DNA from: Balamuthia mandrillaris
Taxonomy: Eukaryota
Direction: 5' to 3'
NCBI GenBank assembly: GCA_031835245.2
Contig: JAVKOQ020000091.1
Location: forward strand, 124,001 to 183,445
DNA length: 59,445 nt
The first letter of the stretch is position 1. Each line of letters begins with the position of its first letter. The notes beneath the pieces are model-generated. The model saw nothing but the letters and a program-made list of their open reading frames with translations. It had not been told where the DNA came from and did not search any database. A program made the position numbers and the translations under genes. Of this stretch, positions 23,982 through 35,320 are shown piece after piece.

Positions 23982-26147
23982 GGACGGAAGAGAATTATGA
24001 GACCTTGGGTTCATCAGAAAGCAAAAGTAAATGGTACTTGAGGTTAGGACATCTGACCGCATGGCGAACGGGATAAATTAGTGGTGCTTCAGAAAACTGG
24101 TTCACTGCGTTATAATAGGTAACGGCATAGTGTTCAAGGCACTCCAGTTCCTCCATTCTTTCCAGCTCTGGGGAATTGAAAGGGCAGTGAGAGGCAGCGC
24201 GGCCAGCTGGAAAAATCAGCTCTTTGAGAGAGGCCTCCGAGGTCGTTCTAGTTCTGTGAATGCTGCTTGACATGAAGTTTACAATAGTGTCGCATCTGAC
24301 CCTGAAATGCTGCCTGAGGCTGTCGATAAAGGTTCTAGGATAATCCTTATAGCCATTTGGGTCGAGGAAGACAAATGCCGGTATAGAGGGGGGGTACATG
24401 TAGACAACTGGGAGGCATCTTTCGCAAGCGCTTCTCAACACGGTGACACGAAGGGTGGAGCCCGATGTTGATTCAAAGAAGGCGCAGGTTTTTTCCTGAA
24501 GCCATGTTGGTGGTTTCCCAAGAATATCCTGGATGGATTTCACAAGGTTATGAAAGTGTTGTCTTGCTTTCTCCACGAGAATCATCGAGACTGTCGTTCC
24601 CCGAGGAATGGAACGTTTGCCAATAAGTTGCAGGGCCGTTCCATCTACACATTTGCGATTAATGTAGTACTTGCCCCATCCTGCGAATCCGTCCAAGTAC
24701 ACCACATGCTGGTTTTGTGTTTGTTAGGAAAGATCAGCAAAAACAAAAAAGAAGACGAGAGCAGAATGTACTTGGTGGTTTTCGGCGAGCATGGCGGTCC
24801 ATTGTTCGAAAAAATGACATATTAACGAGGATTTGATGATTTGTCGTGGGTATCCATTAAACGCAAAGATGGTCCCCTGGGAACTGTCCGCCTCGTCTTC
24901 GTCTTCTTCTTCTTCTTCCTCCTCCTCCTCTTCCTTCTCTGCTTCTTTGTTGTTATCTTCGACGTCTCCTTCAGTATTCACGTACTTAATTTCGAAGAGA
25001 GGCTGTGAAGAATATAGATCATCAGGGGTGGTGGATAGAGAAAAAGAAGGCAGGCTAGGGCTTTGAGTGGAGTTCGGGTTTTCATCAGGAAGCAGACTCG
25101 ACAGAAGGTGTATTTCTTGAGTTGCTGAAGCCGTCTGTGATGAGTAACAACACACACTTCTCTCATCCGACTCTCGTTCTGCTCCTGCTTCTTCCACACT
25201 GGCATACATATACTCTTTTTCTCTTTGTTCCATTTCTTCTCTCATTTCTCTACTATCTGCCTTGCTTTTGTAAAATTGCGCTTCGTTTCGCCAATATTCA
25301 GCCACTTGATCAGCCTCGTTTAACTGCCTTTTAAGCTTCTCCATCTCGTGCCTCAACTGTGTCATTGAACTTTCCAGCTCTTCGACAGCATCCTCTGCTT
25401 CGTTCGCCTTCAGTTGCAAAGCTGTTATACGCTCCGTCCTCTCGTCCTCCAGCTGGGTGATGGAACTTAGCTTTGCTCTTGTTTGGCTTAACTCTTCAAA
25501 GAGCTCCGCATTTTTCTTCGTTGCTTCCCTTATGTGCTGTTGCATCTCGAGGATCTGTAACCTGCTCGCCGTTGCAGATTCAGGGTTTTCGTCTTTCTCC
25601 TTCCCTTTCTCTTTTTCCTCTGCTCTGCTTGTATCCATTCCGTCCTTGTTGTCACGTTGTGATGAAACAAGCACAGATTCAAGTTTGCTCAAAAGGGTTT
25701 GTTCCGTCCTATGAAGCCGATGTCCCACTATGTCTTTCAATCGTTGTTCGGACAAACGTAGTTCTACTGGTTCATTTACGAACAATGCTTTTGCAGCCGA
25801 AGATCCCTCAATCTCGAGGCTTCGCTTTGGGGTTGACAGTCTTCTCCATCACCATTCGCTTGGCTGTAGTCACTCGTCGTTCGTTTTCTCTTAGTTGGGG
25901 AAGAATTGTCTTTGTCCGGGGAGTTGCACAAAAGTTGTTGGTTACCGCGCTCTTCCTGAGAACGCCTCCTCTCAGCAGCGGTTGGGCTCAGTTGATGAAG
26001 GCCAGAAGCAGCTGAAGAGAAAGTAGTAGATGTGGAGGAAGAGGCAGCGGGGGAAGCGGAAGAAGAAAAAGAGGAATTAGTTGGGGCTCGAGCTATAGAA
26101 GACGATAATACATTGTAGGCAAGAGGAATGGCATCTCCCACGGACAC
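23551..26147 (-). pseudogene. TcmP/GMT-wHTH-domain gene copy A (coiled-coil N-terminus), frameshifted
   Basis: VYLDGFAGWGKY, AFVFLDPNGY, DTIVNFMSSSIHR, YHLLLLS, VKDFVEEQTPFLW. Frameshift near 25790, an extra AC at ~23685 (TGGCACACGAT), and no recognisable acceptor/start for the penultimate exon next to an (AG)n tract. Start uncertain. Confidence 0.7.
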
Positions 26148-26234
26148 GGTAAGTTCGTTCGCTGTGCTTACCTCGCTCCGCAGAACGTCTCCTTTTTTTC
26201 ATCGTATGGTTTGCATGCATCGGGGTGTATGCGT

Positions 26235-26325
26235 CGGAGGAACTGTGGCAAACGGATTCGGTGGCATCACAACAGGAAGCACTGGTGTGGCACGTTACAG
26301 GGCATCGAGGGTCGTCAGGTGTTGA
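26235..26325 (-). pseudogene. Duplicated exon fragment of the Cys-rich membrane protein gene
   Basis: Near-identical to ~23165-23247 (ggaggaactgtg.caaacggattcggtggcatcacaacaggaagcactgg). Confidence 0.75.
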
Positions 26326-26536
26326 AGAAAGAGTTCCGTTCTTCTTTCATTCTCATCTTTGTATTTTTTTTTAAATATTTTTATTAAAAAAGGCTCCAGG
26401 TCAAACACTGCAAAAAAGGAGGTCACATGGACGAAGAAAGCTTGCCTTCCTGCTTGGCTTGCCTACCTGCTTCTCTGTTGCTCAGGTCGCTGAACTTTCG
26501 TAGAAGCAACAAAAAAACAAAAGTGAGTCATGCTGA

Positions 26537-27649
26537 TCATCCAATGAGGAGGTGGTTCTCCAGTTCTCTTTCATACCGTTCTCTTTCTTGACTATCATCT
26601 TCCACAGGAATGTCGTTCTCTTCAGTCATTGTCATTCTCTGCAATTTGCTTTCCAAGTATTCCACTTTGTCGGTTTCCTCCTCCAATCGAGATTCAAGCT
26701 CTTCTTTCTGCTGTTTAAGCTGCTTATTTTCAGTCTCAAGCTTTTTAATACGTTCCATTGCTTCGTTTGCCTGCTTTTCAAGATCTTCACTACGACGACC
26801 TGTCTTCTTAGCTAGCCTGTTCGCTTCCCGTAGCTGTTTGTTGGTCTGTCTATTCTTTTCATACAGCTTTTCATGTGCCGCTCTCTCATTTCTCAGGCGA
26901 TACTCTAAATCCTTTTTTTCTTGCCGCAGTTTGAGCACCTCTTCATTTTCTTCCTTATTACGTTGTTGGGACGCTTGCAAGACCAGCCAGTCCAGCTTCT
27001 CCACAAGCATCTTTTCCGTCCTTTGAAGCTGCCGTTTCACGATGTCTTCCGCGCGTTGTTCTGACAAGCGTAGCTGCTCAGCAGGTCCTGTAACCAACGT
27101 GTTTATGGCTTTAAGTCTCTCTTCCAAGATCTTGTTTCTAACTGAGGGCTCAGCTTTGGCTTCTTCATTATCGCCATCTTCTTCACTGAGGTCACTCGCA
27201 GTTCTCTTCCTCTTGGTCAGAGATGAATTTTTGTCGTTGTTACGGCTTGGAGAGGAGCTCTGAGGCTGGCTGCTCTCCCTTCGGCTTTGTTGTTGGCCCT
27301 CTTTGCTGGTGGTAGTGCTTTGCGTCGAAGAATGAGGTTCAAAGGCACCAGCTGAAGAAGCAGAAGAAGAGGAGGAGGAGGAGGAGGAGGAAGAAGAAGA
27401 AGAACAAGACGAATAAGAAGGAGAAGAATTACAAGAAGACGAAGGGGAAGATGACGAAGAAGAAGAACAAGAAGAACAAGAAGGCGAAGAAGGAGAATAA
27501 TCGAAACAAAAACATGAAGGCGAGGAAGGAGCAGAATTCTCCTTAATTTGTTCTCCACGCCGAAGAAAGGGCGAGGTCTTTGGTGGCGGTGAGGGAAGAA
27601 CAGCCAACGAGCGAACTGTGTGCGTTGCGGGCAGGGGAGGGGACTCCAT
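26537..27649 (-). CDS. Truncated paralog (copy B): Ser-rich plus coiled-coil N-terminus only, TcmP domain deleted
   Basis: Uninterrupted ORF highly similar to the copy C N-terminus (QQRNKEENEEV.KLRQEKKDL...MTMTEENDIPVEDD), then jumps directly into sequence homologous to the last intron of copy C. Confidence 0.6.
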   Translation of the reverse strand: MESPPLPATHTVRSLAVLPSPPPKTSPFLRRGEQIKENSAPSSPSCFCFDYSPSSPSCSSCSSSSSSSPSSSCNSSPSYSSCSSSSSSSSSSSSSSASSAGAFEPHSSTQSTTTSKEGQQQSRRESSQPQSSSPSRNNDKNSSLTKRKRTASDLSEEDGDNEEAKAEPSVRNKILEERLKAINTLVTGPAEQLRLSEQRAEDIVKRQLQRTEKMLVEKLDWLVLQASQQRNKEENEEVLKLRQEKKDLEYRLRNERAAHEKLYEKNRQTNKQLREANRLAKKTGRRSEDLEKQANEAMERIKKLETENKQLKQQKEELESRLEEETDKVEYLESKLQRMTMTEENDIPVEDDSQERERYERELENHLLIG

Positions 27650-27997
27650 TTCGACCACACCTGCTTGCAAGATTCTTTTGTGAATGAATTGGGACGATTT
27701 GCTGTGAAGAGAATGGCAAATAATTAAACGTAATTTTTAAAATCGATTTAGTCTCCCACGTGTATGCCCACCCCCTGCGGCCAAACACCCACCCACGGTC
27801 CCTTGTAGGCTATAACTTCCACGGGGTGATGGATGGCCACTATCAGGCTTTAAAACAACAATTGAAATTCTTTCTTTTGGGGATGTTGTGTTGTGTGGTG
27901 GTGATGTTTTTTCAGAGGAACCCGCCTTTGGCCATTATTCATGACGGCGCTCTCTTTTTGGCGTTTGGTGCAGACCAAAAAAAGTGATAAGCGGGAG

Positions 27998-28235
27998 AAA
28001 GGGGGTAAGCAACAAGAAGGAAGGGAGGAAAGAAAGGGTAGAGAAAGAAACGAGGATACAAATGAAACAGAGGAGGCAAAAAAAAAAAAACGATAAGAGT
28101 AGAGAAAGAAATGACAGGAACGAGAAGAGGAGAAAGAATACAGCAAGACAAGTCATCGGTGCCACAGCCGGTGTATTTCTTCAAAGTCTGCAAGCAGGCG
28201 AGAATGGTTCTTTGATGTTAGTTAAATAAGATAAT

Positions 28236-28275
<40 letters not shown>

Positions 28276-28385
28276 AATGCGGGATGTATGCGTGCGGAGA
28301 AACCGTGGCAAACGGATTTGGTGGCATCACAACAGGAAGTACTGGTGTGGCACGTTACAGGGCATTGAAGGTGATCTGGAGCCAA
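27998..28385 (-). pseudogene. Second duplicated fragment (two exons) of the Cys-rich membrane protein gene
   Basis: Matches ~22880-23255, including the TLKKYTGCGTDDLSC exon, the (AG)n intron and the CPVTCHTSTSCCDATKSVC exon. Lacks the TM exon. Confidence 0.75.
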
Positions 28386-28496
28386 GGAGAAGTCTTTCTT
28401 TTCTTTAATATTTTTTTATTTTAAAATATTAAAATAGGAAAAGCTCCAGGTCAAACACTGCAGAAAGGGAGGTCACATGGAGCCCAAAAGGTGGAA

Positions 28497-31267
28497 TTAC
28501 GTCGACATGCCCCCTTGTTGTGTCGTCACGAAGAAAGTTTGACTGTATCGCGGAGCCACCGGAGGGAGGCGAGTCCTGTCCACACGCAATGCCTCTGCGA
28601 TCAATGCATCGCTCCACAAGAATGGCGTGTGGTTCTCCACAAAACGTTTTATTTCTTCTCTGTTGTTTAGGTCACCGAACTATAGTAGAAGCAACAACAA
28701 ACAAAGTGAGTCATTCTAATCATCCAAAGATGAGGCGGTTCGTGCATACCTGTCGTACAATCAGTTCAGCGGCATCTTTGTCATGTCTCCTGTAGACAAC
28801 AGAGGCTGGCTTTGACTCCTCGTAGACGAAAACGTCGTGACGTTGATCGTAGGCGGTTATTCTACGACGTAGAATGGCTTGCTTCATGAGGATTCTTGCC
28901 TGTGCGTGTAGAGGCTAAGATGAGAGCCAAGAAGCAAAAGAAGAGCAACAAGGAGCTGTAGGAAGAAGGAGCGAAGAGAAGAGAAGAAGAGGGTGAATTG
29001 CTTACCATTGGGTCAAACGACAGTAAAAGTAAATGATATTTGATTTTGGTGCACCTGACCGCGAGTCGAACCGGATAAATCTGTTGTTCTGCAGGAAGTC
29101 GGTTCACCTCATTGAAGTAGGTTTCAACATAGTATTCAAGGCATTCCTTGTCTTCCTTTCCTACCAGCTTAGATGCATTGAAAGGGTGGTCTGTGGAATT
29201 GTAGTCCTGAGGATATACCAACGCTTTAAGAGAGGAGTCGTTCTGGCGGCGTGCCTTGCCTCTGTGAATGCTGCTTGACATAAAGTTAACAATGATGTCA
29301 CACCTCAAGGTGAAATGCTGCTTCAGGTTGTCAATAAAGGCTCTAGGATATCCCTTCCAACCGAATGGATCAAGGAAGACGAAGGCCGGATCACAGGTAT
29401 GGTGGCGGACCCGCACAACTGGGAGAATTTCCGTGCAAGACATTCGTAAAACGAAAATGTGGAGGGTTGCCTGTAGCTCATTGTTCCTCACCACAAAGCG
29501 TGCTCCTTGTTTTTCGTCCTCCCGGATAGCGGGTTGCTGAAGTAATTCCTTGATGGCTTTCACGAGGCTCTGATAGTGTTTGATCTTTTGCTCCGTAAGG
29601 TACATTGAGACAGTCATTCCCTTCAATTGACATTGGCTATACTTTCTAATGAGTTGAAGTGCGGTGCCATCCACTTCTTTGCCGTTAATCTTATACTTGC
29701 CCCACCCAGCAAATCCGTCCAAATAGAATACATGCTATTCGTAAGTTCATTGTACATAAGTAAGAGAGAAATGAAGACAAAACAAAACAGATGAAAGGTA
29801 CGTTATGGTTTTCAGCAAGCATGTTCAAAAAAGTCGTATATCAAGTCAGATTTGAGCAGTTGACGGGGATTTCCAAGTCTCCACAAGATATTCTCTTGGG
29901 AGCCTTCTTCTTCTTCGTCCTCTTCCTCTTCCTCTTCCTCTTCGTCCTCTGCTTCTTCATCATCGTCGTCAACACCCTCTTCTTCGTCTTCACCCGCCAA
30001 CTGTTCTCTTTCGAATGAAAATTGGGAAGAGTTTTGGCCGTCAGCAGTAGAGGGAAGAGAAAAAGAAGGAGTGTGGATTCCAGCTGTATCAACGGTTTCA
30101 TCAGATGATAGATACTGCATCAACTGCATTATTTCTTGAGATGGTGCGCTGAGGGTCTGGCTTGATACTTGTCTCTCCAGTTCGCTTTCATTCCATTCTC
30201 TTTCTTGTCTATCATCTTCCACAGGAATGTCGTTCTCTTCAGTCATTGTCATTCTCTGCAATTTGCTTTCCAAGTATTCCACTTTGTCTATCAATAGCGC
30301 GGTTTCCTCCTCCAATCGAGATTCAAGCTCTTCTTTCTGCTGTTTAAGCTGCTTATTTTCAGTCTCAAGCTTTTCAATACGCTCCATTGCTTCATTTGCC
30401 TGCTTTTCAAGATCTTCACTACGACGACCTGTCTTCTTAGCTAGCCTGTTCGCTTCCCGTAGCTGTTTGTTGGTCTGGCTATTTTTTTCATACAGCTTTT
30501 TGTATGCCGCTCTCTCATTTCTCAGGCGATCCCACAAGTCCTTTTTTTCTTGCCGCAGTTTGAATACCTCTTCATTTTCTTCCTTATTCCTTTGTTGGGA
30601 TACTTGAAAGACCAGCTCCAGTTTCTCCGCGATCGTCTTTTCTGTCCTTTGAAGCTGCCGTTTCACTCTGTCTTCCACGCGTCGTTCCAACAAGCGTAGC
30701 TGCTCATCATGCCCTGTAATCAGCGTTTTTATGGCTTCGAGTCTCTTTCTCTGTATCTTGTTCTCAACTTCGTCTTCGTTATCGCCATAGTCTTCACTGA
30801 AGCAACTCGCAGTTCTCTTTCTCTTGGTTGGAGAAGAATTTTTGTCGTTGTTACGGCTTGGAGAGGAGCTATGAGGCTGGCTGCTCTCCTTTCGGAATTG
30901 TTGGTCCTCTTCACGGGGTGGTGCAAAAAGAATGAGGCTCAATGGCACCAGCTGATGAAGAAGAAGAAGAAGAACAAGAAGAAGAAGAAGAAGAAGAAGA
31001 AGAAGAAGAAGAAGAAGAAGAAGAAGAAGAAGAAGCAGAAGAAGAAGCAGAAGAAGAAGAAGCAGAAGAATACCAAGAAGCAGAAGAAGCAGAAGAAGAA
31101 CAAGAAGAAGAATAATTGCAACAACAACATGGGAAAGGAGTAGAATTGTTCATTTGCGATCCACGTCGAAGAAAGGGTGAGGTCTTTGGTGGCGGTGAGG
31201 CAAGAACAGCCAACGAGCGAACCGTGTGCGTCCCTGGGACAGCCGCGGACAGGGGAGGAGGCTCCAT
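28497..31267 (-). pseudogene. TcmP/GMT-wHTH-domain gene copy C (Ser-rich/coiled-coil/acidic N-terminus), frameshifted
   Basis: YLDGFAGWGKY, AFVFLDPFGW, DIIVNFMSSSIHR, YHLLLLS, ARILMKQAI, EEIKRFVENHTPFLW. Frameshift at ~30915-30930 and an 11-nt deletion at ~29823 relative to copy A (FFEQWTAMLAENH). Confidence 0.72.
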
Positions 31268-31441
31268 TACGACCACAGATTTTTTCTGAGAAAATGAAAA
31301 ATTTTCCTTCACGTCGACACTAGCCTCATGGGGGGGGGGGGGGTCCCCTTTAGAAAAATAACAGAGTGGGATTCCTGATGCAGAGGCATATCCTTGGTGG
31401 CTGAGAAAAAACAAAAACAAAGACAAAGAATTTGAGAACAT

Positions 31442-33932
31442 TCATGGTTCATTATTTGGGGACATTGGGCTGATTGTTTTGTTCCGTGTGGTGGTGATGT
31501 CCCGCAAAGGAATACGCGCAGGCCCATCAAGGTTCACGGCGCTGCCCTGTTTCTGGCGTTTGCTGTCGAACAGGAAAACAAAAAACGGTTAGAGGACATC
31601 TGCTGGCACAAAACAAAGCAGGGAAGCCAGAAACCTGGAAACGAATCCATTCTCTTGGTCCGAAGAGGAACGTTTGTTTGAGGCAGATGAGCTGCTTCCT
31701 TCATTGCGCATTGGTTTGAATGATAACACAGACTGCTTATGGGTGGTGCAAGTGTTTTTAGCAGCTTTAAGTAACTTATTAGACCAGTTGAAAGGAGTTT
31801 GCTCGCTCACAAAGCGTTCTATTCTGGGAATATCATCCAGCTTTTGCCCAAACTAAAAAAACACAAAAAAAAAATTAAACATAGCATGACCACAGCGAGA
31901 GCAACAATATGTTTACCTCTTTCTTGATGAGGCGAGCAGCGTGCTCCGTCCGGTTGCGCTTATCTAAGTTATTGATCTCCTGCACTTCATCAAAAACAAC
32001 AACCCCATGTTCGTCGTCATACCAGCGCGCCTCTCTTAGAATGGCGGCCTTCATTGTCTGGCGAGCCTGTATGGAAAAGTTAGTAATTCTTATTAAGATA
32101 AGAAGAAAAAAGAAAGGAAAAGTGCAACTTTCTCTGAAACAGCGAGAAAAAGCAAATGGTAGATAGGCGCGTCTGGGGTTTGTCTAACAGCAAGTCGCAC
32201 AGGATACAAGTGATGAACGTCCGTGATATCATTCACTGCATTGAAATACAGCTTGCAGTACTCTTCCACACGAGTTTTGAAGTCCGAGTCCTTCACAGCA
32301 ATGAATGGATTTGGTCCGTTGGAGGAGGACGCCATCCTTTTAAAAGACAATTGTTGTTTTGCTGTCCTGCGGAATCGGTCGATTCTGCTGGACATAAAGT
32401 TCACAAGAATGTCGCACTTTTTAAAGTGGCGCCTCAGGGAGTCCATGAAGGATTTTGGATAACCACTCCAACCATAAGGGTCGAGAAATGCAAAGAGTGG
32501 AATATTGGGGTTATACCTTAACACGTGGTGGTCGCTTGCCTCACAGTTCCCCAAGATAACCTTTATGGTAAGGATGAATCCTTTGCCGAAATCCTTTTTG
32601 AATAGCAGAACAGTTCCGGATATCGCGCACGGTCTCGTTTGAAGCCTTGCACAGAGAGCTGCACTAAGCTTTTCCCAATTTTTCTGTTTTGCTTCCACTA
32701 GAACCATGCGCAGTGTAACCCCCTCGTTATACTTGTGTCGCATGGCTGCTGAGAGGACGCTGAGAGCAGCTGATTCAACCACAGTGCCATCAGGTTGGAA
32801 GTATTTGCCGGGTCCTGCAAATGGATCGTAGTACACAAGCTCCTTCATGCATAACGTTGCGAAAATGTGTGAGAGAAGAAGAAAAAGAATGCTCTGCTCT
32901 TACCTTATGCCCGCTTAGCACGTGTATGGGGAACCAGCTGTCGAAGAACCGTCGGACCACTCCGCACTTTGCTAGTTGTCTAGGTTTTGCAGGATTGTTT
33001 ATCAACTCCTTGGTTGCGTTATTTCTTTTGCCATTGTTGCTCTTTTTGTTGGGCGGTTGTTGGCGTTTGTCCGACTCTTTTTCTTTTTCCTGTGCTTCTG
33101 ATTCTCCTTCTTCTCTTGCTTCTCTTTCATTCGGTTGGGATTGTCCTTGGTTTTTGTCGTTTGTGTGATCTTCATTTATGGGTTCTTGCTCCGCTTCTTG
33201 CTCGATTACTTGGTATCTAAAGTATTTAGTTGCAACGTCTTGTTGTTGTTCTTCTTCTTCCTCTTCCTCTTCATCCGCATAATCACTATCATCTTGTTCT
33301 TCTTGTTCTTGTGCTTGTTCTTCTTCTTCTACTTCTTCTTCTTCTTCTTCTGCTTCTTCTTCTTCTTCTTCTTCTTCTTCTTCTTCTTCTTCTTCTTCTT
33401 CTTCTTCTTCTTCTTCTTGTTCTTCTTCTTCTTCTTCTTCTTCTTCTTCTTCTTCTCTTGCTTCTATTCCCAGTGCAAGTGTTTGAAATGCCTCCATCCT
33501 GCCAGATGCTGGAATGTCATCGTTGCAGCTTGTCGCTGCGACTTGATGGCCATTCCAAAAGTCACACCCAGCGGCCCACTCCGAGCGAAGCTGAATCGCC
33601 TCAGCCTTCTCTCTTAGCTGTTCGTTTTCCTCTCTCAGCATTGCTATGTTGTGCCTGAGGGAGGCTTCCACCTGCTGGCGTTCATTCTTCAGCTTCTCGT
33701 TTTCCCTCCTCAGCTGCTCGTTTTCTTCCCTCAGTTGCGCCTCAGCTTCCCGCCGCTCCTTCCTGATAGAGTGAAACAGCTTCGTTTTCTCTGCCGACCT
33801 TTTTTTGTGCCACCAGTATTTACTATACAACCTGCAAACCTTGGCGGTTATGTCCTGCAGCAGCACCTTCTTCTCCTCTTCAAAGTGCCTGCGAGTGTGT
33901 TCCCATTCGTCACCCTGGTCTTGCCTTTCCAT
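31442..33932 (-). CDS. TcmP (three-Cys-motif partner)/GMT-wHTH-domain protein copy D, apparently intact, with coiled-coil and poly-Glu N-terminus; further 5' exons may extend to ~34.3-34.5 kb
   Basis: RQLAKCGVVRRFFDSW...HK/ELVYYDPFAGPGKY...ESAALSVL...MVLVEAK...VILGNC...LFAFLDPYGWSG...DILVNFMSSRIDR...PIYHLLFLAVSEK/ARQTMKAAI.../IERFVSEQTPF. All introns are GT-AG and frame-preserving. The final short exon (stop at 31442) is inferred; the unspliced alternative stops at 31589. Confidence 0.8.
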
Positions 33933-34583
33933 GGCCTGCTGTTCCTATAACGTTTTGTTTTTTTGTCCTTCACACCAAAAGTGTTCATGTGAGAAAACCA
34001 ACAGACAAGAGAACGAAAAACACAACACAAGGATGACTTATGGTACGCAGAGAGCTGGTTGCGTTCACCTTCGTGTGTGTGTTTCACGTTTTTATGTACC
34101 CTCTGGTCTCTTTTCTTTCGTGAGACAGCTGGTTGGTCGCAGCAATTCCACCTGCTCTCTCCTGCGCACCAAAAAAATGAAGAGATAGTGGCAATAAAGT
34201 GCTCCACTGCATTAACTGCAAATGAAAATCTCCACAGAGAGGAGATGATGGCGACCAAAGTCAAGAGGTGAGGTGAAGAAATGCCCTGGTCTCTCAAGGG
34301 CTCTTTTCACCAAAACAACATGCGAGTGGAAGCAGCAGAGGACTGTACTGTACTCCCTCTCTGTGGCACCAATCGATTGGCCCTGTTCCTTTCTGCCCAC
34401 CAGCGAGGGTACACAAAGGAGAAGGATGAAAAAAGAACAAGAAGGAGAAAGGGACGCAAACAGCGCAAGAAGAAACCATTATAATAATAATCACCCAAAT
34501 AAAAATAAAACATGAAGAACTAGTGGTAACCTTTTACGCTCTGTTCCTCATCAGATGGTATCTCAGCGTCCTTTTCAGCTTGC

Positions 34584-35277
34584 TCAAGGAAGAGACATGG
34601 CAAACTGTAAGAAGATGCCAAAGTTGGGAGTGCCCAAGCCAGTCACGGGGTCCCATCCCTTGTAGCACGGGAAGCCAGGGCAGCAGCCGTCCGGGTTGGA
34701 GCCCTCCGTGATGTCGTGGTAGGCGGCAGGGATCTTCTTGGCGAGGGCGTAGAGCATTGGGTTCAGGTAGCCCAATGGACTCTTGTTAGCCTTGATCCTG
34801 TAACCATTGATCAAACTGAACAGACCTATTTTTGTTGTTGAAAGTAATGAGACATAAGAAAGAAGAAAGAAGAAGAAAGAAGAAAGAAGAAAGAAAAGAC
34901 AAAGGGAAAGAGATGGTACCAGAAAGAATGGGAGCACTGCAGGAAGTGCCACCAATGCTTTGAGTATAACCACCCAAAACAATTTGAACATAATCGGCTG
35001 TAGGACAAAAAAAAAACAAAGTCAACAAACTCAAGAACGAAAAATAAATAAAAGAAAGAGGGCGAACCAGGAGCAGAAATATCAGGAAGGCCACGACCAT
35101 TGCCATTGAAGTAGGAGGTAGGCAGATTGGGGGCATTCTTGAGATAGTAGGCCACGTCCGCGGCTTGCCAAGAGGGAATGGAAAAGTCAGCGGAGAAACC
35201 GCCGGAGCTGCCGTCCCATCCGACCTCATACTTCTGGCCAGAAGAGTCTGCCAATGAAGAGAAAGAAGGTTTGTTAG

Positions 35278-35320
<43 letters not shown>

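Noticed and set aside
23551..33932. Bacterial contamination, prophage or endogenous giant virus as the source of the TcmP genes
   Set aside because: The genes have host-style spliceosomal introns and microsatellites and are interleaved with host gene fragments. No capsid, integrase, transposase or terminal repeats were seen.
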